Below are positions 1 to 7,352 of a stretch of DNA of 49,013 bases, piece by piece. The stretch comes from a virus. The translations under genes and the position numbers were made by a program. Numbering within the stretch: position 1 is the first letter of the stretch; the number at the start of each line of letters is the position of its first letter. The DNA is taken from UHGV virus genome UHGV-0069399, one strand, 5' to 3'. Under the pieces are notes generated by a model. The model was not told where the DNA came from, did no database searches, and saw nothing but the letters and a program-made list of their open reading frames with translations.

Positions 1-49
1 TTTTAGTTACCACCTATACTTTCAGTCTGACATATGGCTGGAGGTTTTT

Positions 50-721
50 ATGTGTGGACGTTTTTCACAGTCAATGACGCGTGAAGACTATCTAGCCCTT
101 CTCGCTGAAGAAGTCGAACGAGACATTCCATATGGCCCTGAACCGATCGGACGTTTCAACGTTGCGCCCGGAACCAAAGTTCTGCTACTGAGCGAACGTG
201 ATGAGAAACTCCATCTTGATCCAGTTATCTGGGGATACGCCCCCGGGTGGTGGGATAAACCACCACTAATTAATGCACGCTCTGAAACTGCGGCCACCAG
301 CAGAATGTTTAAACCACTCTGGCAGTATGGTCGTGCAATTTGCTTTGCTGATGGATGGTATGAATGGAAAAAGGAAGGTGACAAAAAGCAGCCCTACTTC
401 ATTCATCGAGCCGATGGCCAGCCGATATTCATGGCGGCGATCGGCAGAACACCATTCGAACGTGGAGATGAAGCAGAAGGATTCCTGATAGTGACGGCTG
501 CTGCAGACAAAGGGCTGGTAGATATTCACGACAGGCGGCCGCTGGTTCTGTCACCAGAAGCCGCTCGCGAATGGATGAGGCAGGACATTGGAGGGAAAGA
601 AGCTACGGTAATTGCGGCTGACGGTTCCGTGCCGGCTGATAAATTTTCATGGCATGCTGTAATGCGTGCCGTCGGGAATGTTAAGAATCAAGGACCAGAG
701 TTAATAGAAACTATGCGTTGA
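50..721 (+). CDS. yedK: SOS-response-associated peptidase (SRAP, YedK-like abasic-site processing protein)
   Basis: 223-aa ORF starting MCGRF, with Cys2 directly after the initiator Met (the SRAP nucleophile position); size and WGYAPGWW / PLINARSE motifs fit the family; GC typical of the host. Confidence 0.8.
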   Translation: MCGRFSQSMTREDYLALLAEEVERDIPYGPEPIGRFNVAPGTKVLLLSERDEKLHLDPVIWGYAPGWWDKPPLINARSETAATSRMFKPLWQYGRAICFADGWYEWKKEGDKKQPYFIHRADGQPIFMAAIGRTPFERGDEAEGFLIVTAAADKGLVDIHDRRPLVLSPEAAREWMRQDIGGKEATVIAADGSVPADKFSWHAVMRAVGNVKNQGPELIETMR

Positions 722-999
722 CGTACGAAGCGACAGAGAAAAACATCTGCTTTGAGCGAAAAGTGGCAGTTGAAGACAATCATGAACGATCTATGACTCG
801 ATATTTACTTAATTCACTGTTATTCAAAGGGTTAAGTAAAAAAATATTATCTGTCACCTCAGTGCAATGCAATCTAAGGTTTCAAAGAACCCCCCTTTGA
901 GTACACCGTAAGTTTTAAAATGTGAGGTAAGTTGATTTTACATATTTTCTAATGCATTATCATACGTCCCTTAAAATAAATCATATTACTGAGAAAAAA

Positions 1000-2022
1000 A
1001 TGTCCAACATTAATTTATTCGATGATGTAGTGCCTTTAGAAAAACAACATCCAATATATACAATGATGAAAGAAGAACGCTACAAACCGGAGAGAGATGT
1101 AATTAATCAATGGGCAAAAGGATTTCAAGACCGAGACAATAAATTTGCTAAAGAATTTCAAACAAGTTTTGAACCTTGCCTATGGGAATTATATCTTTTT
1201 GCCTATCTGAAAGAATTAGGCTTAAGGAGCGACTTTTCATACGACGCTCCTGACTTCGTCGTCAATGATCCAGATTTTTGCATTGAGGCAACTATTGCAC
1301 TTCCAGCACAAGGAGACCTTGGGGCGCATGGTTTCAGTAAGGAAGATATGCCGAGAGATTTTAATAAATTTAATTCTGAAGCATCTATTCGACTTAGTAA
1401 TAGCTTTATATCAAAGGTTAAAAAATTAAGATCGAGATATTCTCTACTTCCTCAATGTAAAGAAAAACCTTTTGTAATCGCCATAGCTTCATTCGACAGA
1501 CCTTTTGCACACTTTGCAGCAGCTAGGCCCATACTTGCAACATTATATGGCCTATACCATGATGAAGAAGCAACCATTGAATCAGGGTCAAAGAGTATAA
1601 TTTCTTATAACGTCGATGCTGCAGTAAAAAAAGAAAATGTTAATATAGACATGGGGTTATTCTGCACACCTGAATATTCGGATGTAAGTGCTGTGATTTA
1701 TAGTAGTTTAGCTACTTGGGGAAAAGTAAGAGCCCTTGCGGACAACCCTTCTGCTCTAACGATTTATACATCATTTACTCCAAAGGAAAACTCATTATTT
1801 CCTGAAGTTCATCAAGCCTTAAAAAGTGATTATGTAGAACATCTAGCGGATGGGTTATATATTTTACACAACCCATTTGCCAAGCATCCATTGCCTAAAG
1901 AGACACTAAGTCATCCAAGAATAGCGCAAGGTTATATTGAGCCAGATGGATACGTTAATTTTATAGCGCCAGATGATTTTCTTTTATTGCGTTTTTTACA
2001 ATCGTTAAATTTGAAAGAGTAG
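1000..2022 (+). CDS. hypothetical protein, AT-rich islet gene A (~340 aa)
   Basis: Long ORF in markedly AT-rich DNA. ATG at 1000 (MSNINLFDD) preferred over the ORF-track start at 952, which has no RBS. No family recognised by eye. Confidence 0.6.
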   Translation: MSNINLFDDVVPLEKQHPIYTMMKEERYKPERDVINQWAKGFQDRDNKFAKEFQTSFEPCLWELYLFAYLKELGLRSDFSYDAPDFVVNDPDFCIEATIALPAQGDLGAHGFSKEDMPRDFNKFNSEASIRLSNSFISKVKKLRSRYSLLPQCKEKPFVIAIASFDRPFAHFAAARPILATLYGLYHDEEATIESGSKSIISYNVDAAVKKENVNIDMGLFCTPEYSDVSAVIYSSLATWGKVRALADNPSALTIYTSFTPKENSLFPEVHQALKSDYVEHLADGLYILHNPFAKHPLPKETLSHPRIAQGYIEPDGYVNFIAPDDFLLLRFLQSLNLKE

Positions 2023-2256
2023 TAATTATGGTCACATCTAATTACTTTACATAGATACCCACTAGAAAGGGGACTTTTCTTAAAACTCAGCCGTCAAAGA
2101 TTTAGAGTGGTTATCTACTGGTATGCTTCCGAATCTGCCAGTGCGGCTGAGTGGATTTCTAGTACCCTCTAGAAGATTTAGTTGATTAAAACAGGTCATG
2201 TATCATCTTCAGAGTCAACATATCGCCAACTGTCTATCATTCCATTGAGGAAAAGT

Positions 2257-3030
2257 ATGTCATCAGAAAATTTTGTCACCTTCTGGCTCGCTAGAGCCGA
2301 TCTTCCATACTTTCTTGAACCTCATGAATTTTACGTTTCGGAGGCCAAGCGTAGACTTCTATCGCAGTTTGGCGATTTAGAACAAGAAGCAGAAAGGAGG
2401 GAACAACAGTATTTGGAAGCTACCTCAAAATATTTCGATCCTGATAACGATGATCCAATGGCTGCCTACGAGCAAGCCTACCACGTGGGAATTAATTATG
2501 TATGGTCGCTTCTGGAGATGCAAAATACCGTGTTGTTGGCATTAACGGCAGGAATGTACCACCAGTTTGATAAAAAACTAAGAGAACACACCATCAAAGA
2601 ACTAAGTAACTGGTGCAAAAGAGAATTAATTACTCCCATGATCTGGAATATAACTTTCCATCAGCTTATTGATTTACTCGAATGGATTGGCCTCAAAATC
2701 AATGGAACCGGATACGGAGAGAGGATCAAAGCCTGTAACTTGGTAGTAAACGTATACAAGCATGGGGACGGGCCTGCGCATCAAACACTATCATTCAATC
2801 ATCCTGAGTACTATCAACACCCTACCGATGTTCGAGGTACGCAGAACATACATGACCATGATGATTTACATGTATCAGAAGAGCAATTTGTAGAGTTTGC
2901 TGACGCAATAACTGAATTCTGGAAAGCAGTTCCAGAGAATTGCTATTACTCAGATCTCAAAGAAGAACCCAAATGGTTGAGTAAAGTCGTAACAAAATTC
3001 GATAAAAAACAGAAGGGAAATAGGGACTAA
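2257..3030 (+). CDS. hypothetical protein, AT-rich islet gene B (~257 aa)
   Basis: ORF in AT-rich DNA; ATG at 2257 (MSSENFVTF) is preceded by GAGGAAAA at RBS spacing. No family recognised. Confidence 0.6.
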   Translation: MSSENFVTFWLARADLPYFLEPHEFYVSEAKRRLLSQFGDLEQEAERREQQYLEATSKYFDPDNDDPMAAYEQAYHVGINYVWSLLEMQNTVLLALTAGMYHQFDKKLREHTIKELSNWCKRELITPMIWNITFHQLIDLLEWIGLKINGTGYGERIKACNLVVNVYKHGDGPAHQTLSFNHPEYYQHPTDVRGTQNIHDHDDLHVSEEQFVEFADAITEFWKAVPENCYYSDLKEEPKWLSKVVTKFDKKQKGNRD

Positions 3031-3138
3031 TTACCCATCTCAAAACATCAAGTTTGCAGTGCCCTGCTCCCCGTTTATTAGTATGGAAGTTAACAATGTC
3101 TGCTTCTGACACATAACAGCCCTTAAGATGGTAACTCG

Positions 3139-3188
3139 CCGTCATGGGGTGTCGGGGGTCGGAGGTTCAAATCCTCTCGTGCCGACCA
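3139..3188 (+). other. 3' ~50 nt of a tRNA-Pro-like gene (anticodon arm through T-arm, acceptor 3' strand and ACCA); 5' half absent - integration-junction (att core) remnant
   Basis: GGTCGGAGGTTCAAATCCTCTCGTGCCGACCA is a canonical tRNA T-arm plus acceptor 3' strand plus discriminator A plus CCA, resembling enterobacterial tRNA-Pro. The complementary 5' acceptor strand (CGGCACG) is not present upstream, so this is not an intact gene. Confidence 0.6.
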
Positions 3189-3201
3189 AAAATCCTCGAA
3201 G

Positions 3202-3229
3202 AACCAGCCTGTTACGGCTGGTTTTTTTA
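3202..3229 (+). terminator. rho-independent terminator directly after the tRNA fragment
   Basis: AACCAGCC-tgttac-GGCTGGTT hairpin followed by a run of 7 T. Confidence 0.6.
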
Positions 3230-3318
3230 TGCCTGTTTTCTGAACGGGGAAGCAACGGGGAATAATTGGGGAAAAACCCCGACACAAAACATCGACTTTA
3301 CCGTAAAGTTTCAGCTAT

Positions 3319-3708
3319 TCACATCACTGGGCAGTCATCAAACTCCGCGTTCCTGGCATCATTAATGATGTACGTGATAACACCAAATATTGCGTGTGAA
3401 GAATTATAGCCATCACCGTCTTCTGGCAGCACTTCTCTTCTCCCGTTCTCCAGATTTATCAGGTGGGGCTGAGGGTGAGTTCGGTATCGCTTGATCCTGA
3501 ATTCCCCATCTATCGCGCATATCAGCAGCGAGCCATCACAGGCTGAAAGCGACGCGTCCACAACAAGTAGTGCCCCCTGGATTATCCCTTCCCTGAAATG
3601 TGAACACGATGCCCGCATGAAATAAGTCGCTGCGGGCTGGCTGATTAGCTGTTGATCGAGGGAAATCCTTGTTTCAACGTAATCACTGGCAGGTGAAGGG
3701 AAGCCCAT
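3319..3708 (-). CDS. UmuD'-like protein (LexA/S24-fold, begins at the cleavage-site Gly; catalytic Ser apparently replaced)
   Basis: Translation from ATG 3708 (MGFPSPASDYVE...ATYF...LLVVD...IDGEFRIKR) aligns along its length with E. coli UmuD from Gly25 (GFPSPAADYVEQ...), as recalled from memory. GGAGG RBS 8 nt upstream of this ATG; ATG lies 2 nt after the stop of the upstream small ORF. The ORF-track start at 3807 would overlap that ORF by ~97 nt. Confidence 0.7.
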   Translation of the reverse strand: MGFPSPASDYVETRISLDQQLISQPAATYFMRASCSHFREGIIQGALLVVDASLSACDGSLLICAIDGEFRIKRYRTHPQPHLINLENGRREVLPEDGDGYNSSHAIFGVITYIINDARNAEFDDCPVM

Positions 3709-3710
3709 GG

Positions 3711-3953
3711 CTATAGTCCTCCGTTTGGATTGAAAAGCTGAAAGGTACGGTTCTCCCCTTCCTGCGTTGATACATCGCGGAATGATGTCACATACCACTC
3801 GATCCATTCGTTAGCCTGCTTCATCGTCCAGTTCCAGTTAACCTTGCTCAGTTCCTGGACAAACCGCTGTGTGGTGACGGTCTTCCGGCCATTAGGTTCT
3901 TGCTGTATCGAAGCATGCCAGGCCATTTCAATATCGCTGCGTCGTGGCATCAA
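3711..3953 (-). CDS. hypothetical small protein (80 aa), first gene of the LexA-boxed operon; candidate SOS-induced regulator/antirepressor
   Basis: GAGGGG RBS ~7 nt upstream of ATG 3953; LexA box 40 nt upstream; tightly coupled to the downstream UmuD'-like gene. No family recognised. Confidence 0.5.
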   Translation of the reverse strand: MMPRRSDIEMAWHASIQQEPNGRKTVTTQRFVQELSKVNWNWTMKQANEWIEWYVTSFRDVSTQEGENRTFQLFNPNGGL

Positions 3954-3992
3954 TTAACCCCTCTTGAATACCGGATAAAAACACAGTATAAA

Positions 3993-4012
3993 TACTGTAT
4001 ATCCATCCAGTA
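3993..4012. promoter_or_regulatory. LexA box (SOS operator) in the divergent promoter region
   Basis: TACTGTATATCCATCCAGTA matches the enterobacterial consensus TACTG-N10-CAGTA. It lies between the DinI-like gene (+) and the small-ORF/UmuD'-like operon (-). A second, imperfect box (CGG instead of CAG half-site) lies at 3973-3992. Confidence 0.7.
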
Positions 4013-4028
4013 AAGATGACTACAAGAA

Positions 4029-4271
4029 ATGTTCGTGGAACTCGTTTATGACAAAAGGAATTTTGATGGGCTGCCTGGTGCAAAAGATATCATTCTGGGC
4101 GAATTGACCAAGAGGGTTCACCGGATCTTCCCCGATGCTGATGTTCGGGTTAAACCGATGATGACACTGCCGGCGATCAACACTGACGCCAGCAAGCATG
4201 AGAAGGAACAGATAAGCCGTACTGTTCAGGAAATGTTTGAAGAAGCTGATATGTGGCTGGTTTCAGATTAA
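4029..4271 (+). CDS. dinI: DinI-like DNA-damage-inducible protein
   Basis: 80 aa; aligns with E. coli DinI, including the acidic C-terminal EEADMWLVSD motif; consensus LexA box 16 bp upstream. Confidence 0.8.
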   Translation: MFVELVYDKRNFDGLPGAKDIILGELTKRVHRIFPDADVRVKPMMTLPAINTDASKHEKEQISRTVQEMFEEADMWLVSD

Positions 4272-4399
4272 ACACCTTGAACCGTCATATTGCTTAAGTA
4301 CAATCCGCCGTGACTGGCAATCATTCAATACTCGCACTATCGAACGTTCGCCAGTCGGCCGCAATCATGCTCTTGCATACGGCGTGGTTGCGGCAACCG

Positions 4400-5956
4400 T
4401 CAATTTTGCTGGCTACCTTTCAGCGTCTCAATCACATTCTTCAGGGAATTGAGTTCAGACATCTGTTCCTTCATCGCTCTGCCCATATAAACCATAGCGC
4501 ATGCCATATCGGCCATAATGACATTATTATCAAGGGCAAGGGTATCGTCTTTGAGACCAACCTCAATCTGATGGTCAACATATTCGTTACCGGACTCATC
4601 CACACCAACAACGTCCTCAAAAACAGGTCCACCAGGCACTATCTTTACGTACTGCGGATCAACTTTAGTCAGATCCTGGGCAATAAGGCCAAAACGCTGT
4701 GTATCCGACCCCTTATACTTAAACATGGTCGGTAACCACTGCATGACACGGTCGAAACTGTCTTTCCCGTCCCGATATTGGATATCTTCTTTTAGATCGC
4801 GGTCTGATGTCGCATTCTTGGCGAACACGTACGATCCCTGCCAGTTTGACCCGGATTCGTTCCATACGTCAGTAGTGATATCACCAGACTGAGGATTGAA
4901 TCTGAACATCCTGTGATATCTGGCATCGCCCATAAAATGTAAGACGCCATGTGGCCAGCCATTGGCACCATTAGAAATGAGTCCCAGTGACAGACGAGTA
5001 CTCCACCCACCCGATGCAGAAGAACCACCAGAAACGATTGGAGCCCAGCCACCATCATTTCCACCAACAATGGCGGACCAGTAAGGGGTGGTCCATGGAC
5101 CATCAACATCCCCCCAGCCACCCGATCCGCACTGTCCCCAGAAACCACGTGGTGATTGTATAACCCCACCATAACCAGAAAGAAAGTTGAAACGGTATGT
5201 GTTCGCTCCTGCTCCAAAACTATTCGCGATTAGAGCAATGGCATCCAGATAATTACCCGCACCTCGTATCCCGCCAAACTGATAGAACGAATTCCCCATC
5301 CACCCCTGCAGCTGGTTCATCATCCAGCCCAGTTCACCATCAACGTTATTCGACGTCAGTAAAATATCCTTCTTGACGCCAGCAGTGCTTTTGACGCCTG
5401 TACCCGACCCACCCGCCACCGAATTGACGCCACGGGTGCCAAGAACACTACCGAACGTAACATCCTGAGAGTTTCCCAAAGTGAGATTATCGCGGGCCGC
5501 ATTTTTATCAGGCAGATCGGCCAGGGCCTGGCTTTTCAACAAAGCATTATTGATCTGATCAATAATGCTTTTCCATGATGGTCCTGTAAACTCCGTATTG
5601 TCAGGAAGCCTGACAGTAATATTGCCGTTCGCAGAGAATAAAAGTTGCCAGTTCTGTTTGTCGTAATTCAGCCCCCGCAGCGCCTCCGTGTTCTGCACCA
5701 CCATTGCGGCAGTAACCATATTCAGCGCCACACGAGGAACAGCTGACCAGGCCGCGCCAGATTGGGTTGGCCCGGTGTAATTGCTGACCAGCGTCAACGC
5801 TGTACCACTTTCCACGGACTTAACCGGAAGCGTATAGGGAACACCACCGACCGTAACAACAATAAAATCTCCGGCCGCCACCTCAGTGGTAAACGCGGTC
5901 CCGCTGCCAGCGACCGCAGCCGAGTTATTCATCAGGGTTAATGTTCCTGCTGACAT
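4400..5956 (-). CDS. side tail fibre protein with C-terminal intramolecular-chaperone (peptidase S74-like) domain
   Basis: 518 aa; Gly/Ser-rich fibre-like central region; C-terminal SDRDLKEDI...FGLIAQDL...DPQYV block typical of autocleaving tail-fibre chaperone domains; position at the distal end of the tail module. Confidence 0.75.
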   Translation of the reverse strand: MSAGTLTLMNNSAAVAGSGTAFTTEVAAGDFIVVTVGGVPYTLPVKSVESGTALTLVSNYTGPTQSGAAWSAVPRVALNMVTAAMVVQNTEALRGLNYDKQNWQLLFSANGNITVRLPDNTEFTGPSWKSIIDQINNALLKSQALADLPDKNAARDNLTLGNSQDVTFGSVLGTRGVNSVAGGSGTGVKSTAGVKKDILLTSNNVDGELGWMMNQLQGWMGNSFYQFGGIRGAGNYLDAIALIANSFGAGANTYRFNFLSGYGGVIQSPRGFWGQCGSGGWGDVDGPWTTPYWSAIVGGNDGGWAPIVSGGSSASGGWSTRLSLGLISNGANGWPHGVLHFMGDARYHRMFRFNPQSGDITTDVWNESGSNWQGSYVFAKNATSDRDLKEDIQYRDGKDSFDRVMQWLPTMFKYKGSDTQRFGLIAQDLTKVDPQYVKIVPGGPVFEDVVGVDESGNEYVDHQIEVGLKDDTLALDNNVIMADMACAMVYMGRAMKEQMSELNSLKNVIETLKGSQQN

Positions 5957-5980
5957 GGATATCTCCTGAATTAAGATAAT

Positions 5981-6008
5981 AAAAAACCCGCCGGAGCGGG
6001 TTATTTTT
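5981..6008 (-). terminator. rho-independent terminator (bidirectional hairpin) downstream of the Cor-like gene
   Basis: ACCCGC-cgga-GCGGGT hairpin flanked by an A-run on one side and a T-run on the other. Confidence 0.5.
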
Positions 6009-6014
6009 GGTATT

Positions 6015-6254
6015 TCATTGAGGGCAATTCGAACTGGTGAAATTATTTTTATTCACCCATCGCCAGTTAAAGGGATAACCGGCCCTGTACTCAGTCTGAT
6101 TAACAACTTTTTGCACACCGTAAATTTGCACTGACTGGGGCTGTCCACCAAGCACTAACTCAGCCTGACAAACCGGTTTCTGTTTCTCCAGAACAGGTCC
6201 TGAACAGGCTGAAAGCACCAGGCAGACAATAACTGGAATAATTATATTTTTCAT
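6015..6254 (-). CDS. small lipoprotein, Cor-like (putative superinfection-exclusion protein)
   Basis: 79 aa; signal peptide with lipobox LSAC; AT-rich gene between J-associated genes and the side tail fibre, the position of cor in phi80/N15/HK022-type phages. Family call is by size and position, not alignment. Confidence 0.55.
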   Translation of the reverse strand: MKNIIIPVIVCLVLSACSGPVLEKQKPVCQAELVLGGQPQSVQIYGVQKVVNQTEYRAGYPFNWRWVNKNNFTSSNCPQ

Positions 6255-6362
6255 TTCGATACCAGAGTTAATTATTTAAACAAAAAATAACCAATGGCAT
6301 TGAATAATAAAAATAGTTTTAATAGATCAATATTCTAAAATTGATCGTTTAAATCGATCAGT

Positions 6363-7037
6363 TTAATCATATGCAGCTGTGTTTATCGCCGTTATCACAA
6401 TTCCACTATTTGTCGTACCGATTGAAGAGCCGCTTGCTGTTGTTGATGTAAGTCCTTTTATTCTCGTTCCCGCACCTTCATTGAAGCAACCTGTACCCAC
6501 ATCCACAGACTGAATGATTGGCTGTCCACCAGGTGCCGAACCAGCATGAAGGAGAACAGATCCCAGCCCCATCGGATTTATGGCCCATTTGCCTGCCATG
6601 TATGTATCAATGTTAAGCCCACCACTTACAGCACCTGGTGAACCAATAGTTGTAAGGTCGCTTAATACCCGGGACTCATTCGTAAGTACCAGTGTCCCTT
6701 CGGCATCCCATATAGCCACCCCCCAGGCAGGAAGCGTAAGCGGATATATGGCAAAAAAATAGGCCTCAAGGACAAAAGCCGATCCCCTGTAATTAGACGC
6801 ATTAACACTGAACGTATTGCCACTTTTTGAAGCTGATATCTTCGCCGGGGCGCTGGTTCGTGCAAATGCAATCCCTCCCTTCTGACCGTCGATAGTAACA
6901 GACGCCGAAACACTGTTAAAATTCCCCCCAAAAGTTGAGTTTACAGTGACTTTCCGGTAAAGCGTCATTGGTGTGGAATCAGGCGTGATAAAAGGGTTCC
7001 CGTTAGGTAATGAAATCAATGCGCCATATTTAGCCAT
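6363..7037 (-). CDS. hypothetical tail-associated protein (224 aa) downstream of J
   Basis: Tightly packed after the 104-aa ORF and J; Gly/Ser/Thr-rich, fibre-like composition. Confidence 0.6.
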   Translation of the reverse strand: MAKYGALISLPNGNPFITPDSTPMTLYRKVTVNSTFGGNFNSVSASVTIDGQKGGIAFARTSAPAKISASKSGNTFSVNASNYRGSAFVLEAYFFAIYPLTLPAWGVAIWDAEGTLVLTNESRVLSDLTTIGSPGAVSGGLNIDTYMAGKWAINPMGLGSVLLHAGSAPGGQPIIQSVDVGTGCFNEGAGTRIKGLTSTTASGSSIGTTNSGIVITAINTAAYD

Positions 7038-7352
7038 CTACGCAGTCTCCGCAAAAACGATTAACTGCACTTTGACTGCCGGGTAATCATTAATCCCATC
7101 ACTACCTGAAGGCTGTATTGTTATGGTGTTTCCAGATGCAATAATATTTCTTTTATCTGTGTAACTTATTGTCCCTTTATCCTCCAGAGTACCAACCGCA
7201 AAACCGACCTTTAAACCGGGCTCGAGGTTGAACTGGTAGCTTCCCGTTTTCTGACCTAAAGCAAGATCGATGATTCCCACCACGGTTACAGGTTTAATGC
7301 CATAGTTATTCGGGACACCGTTAGCGTCCCATGTCTGAATTCCCCATGTCAT
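7038..7352 (-). CDS. hypothetical tail-associated protein (104 aa) downstream of J
   Basis: Start abuts the J stop; same strand and operon. Confidence 0.6.
   Translation of the reverse strand: MTWGIQTWDANGVPNNYGIKPVTVVGIIDLALGQKTGSYQFNLEPGLKVGFAVGTLEDKGTISYTDKRNIIASGNTITIQPSGSDGINDYPAVKVQLIVFAETA

Noticed and set aside
3112-3188. Possible intact tRNA-Pro gene
   Set aside because: The 3' acceptor strand CGTGCCG has no complementary CGGCACG anywhere in the preceding ~80 nt and no D-arm is present; only the 3' ~50 nt are tRNA-like, so this is a fragment.
3319-3807. Longer 162-aa start for the UmuD-like gene
   Set aside because: Would overlap the upstream ORF by ~97 nt and lacks an RBS, whereas ATG 3708 has GGAGG at ideal spacing. 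It is not fully excluded because the extra residues loosely resemble a UmuD N-terminal arm.
4310-5217. ORFs overlapping the side tail fibre gene (4310-4735 plus strand, 4792-5217 alternate frame)
   Set aside because: Embedded in or antisense to the 518-aa tail fibre gene, which has clear domain support.
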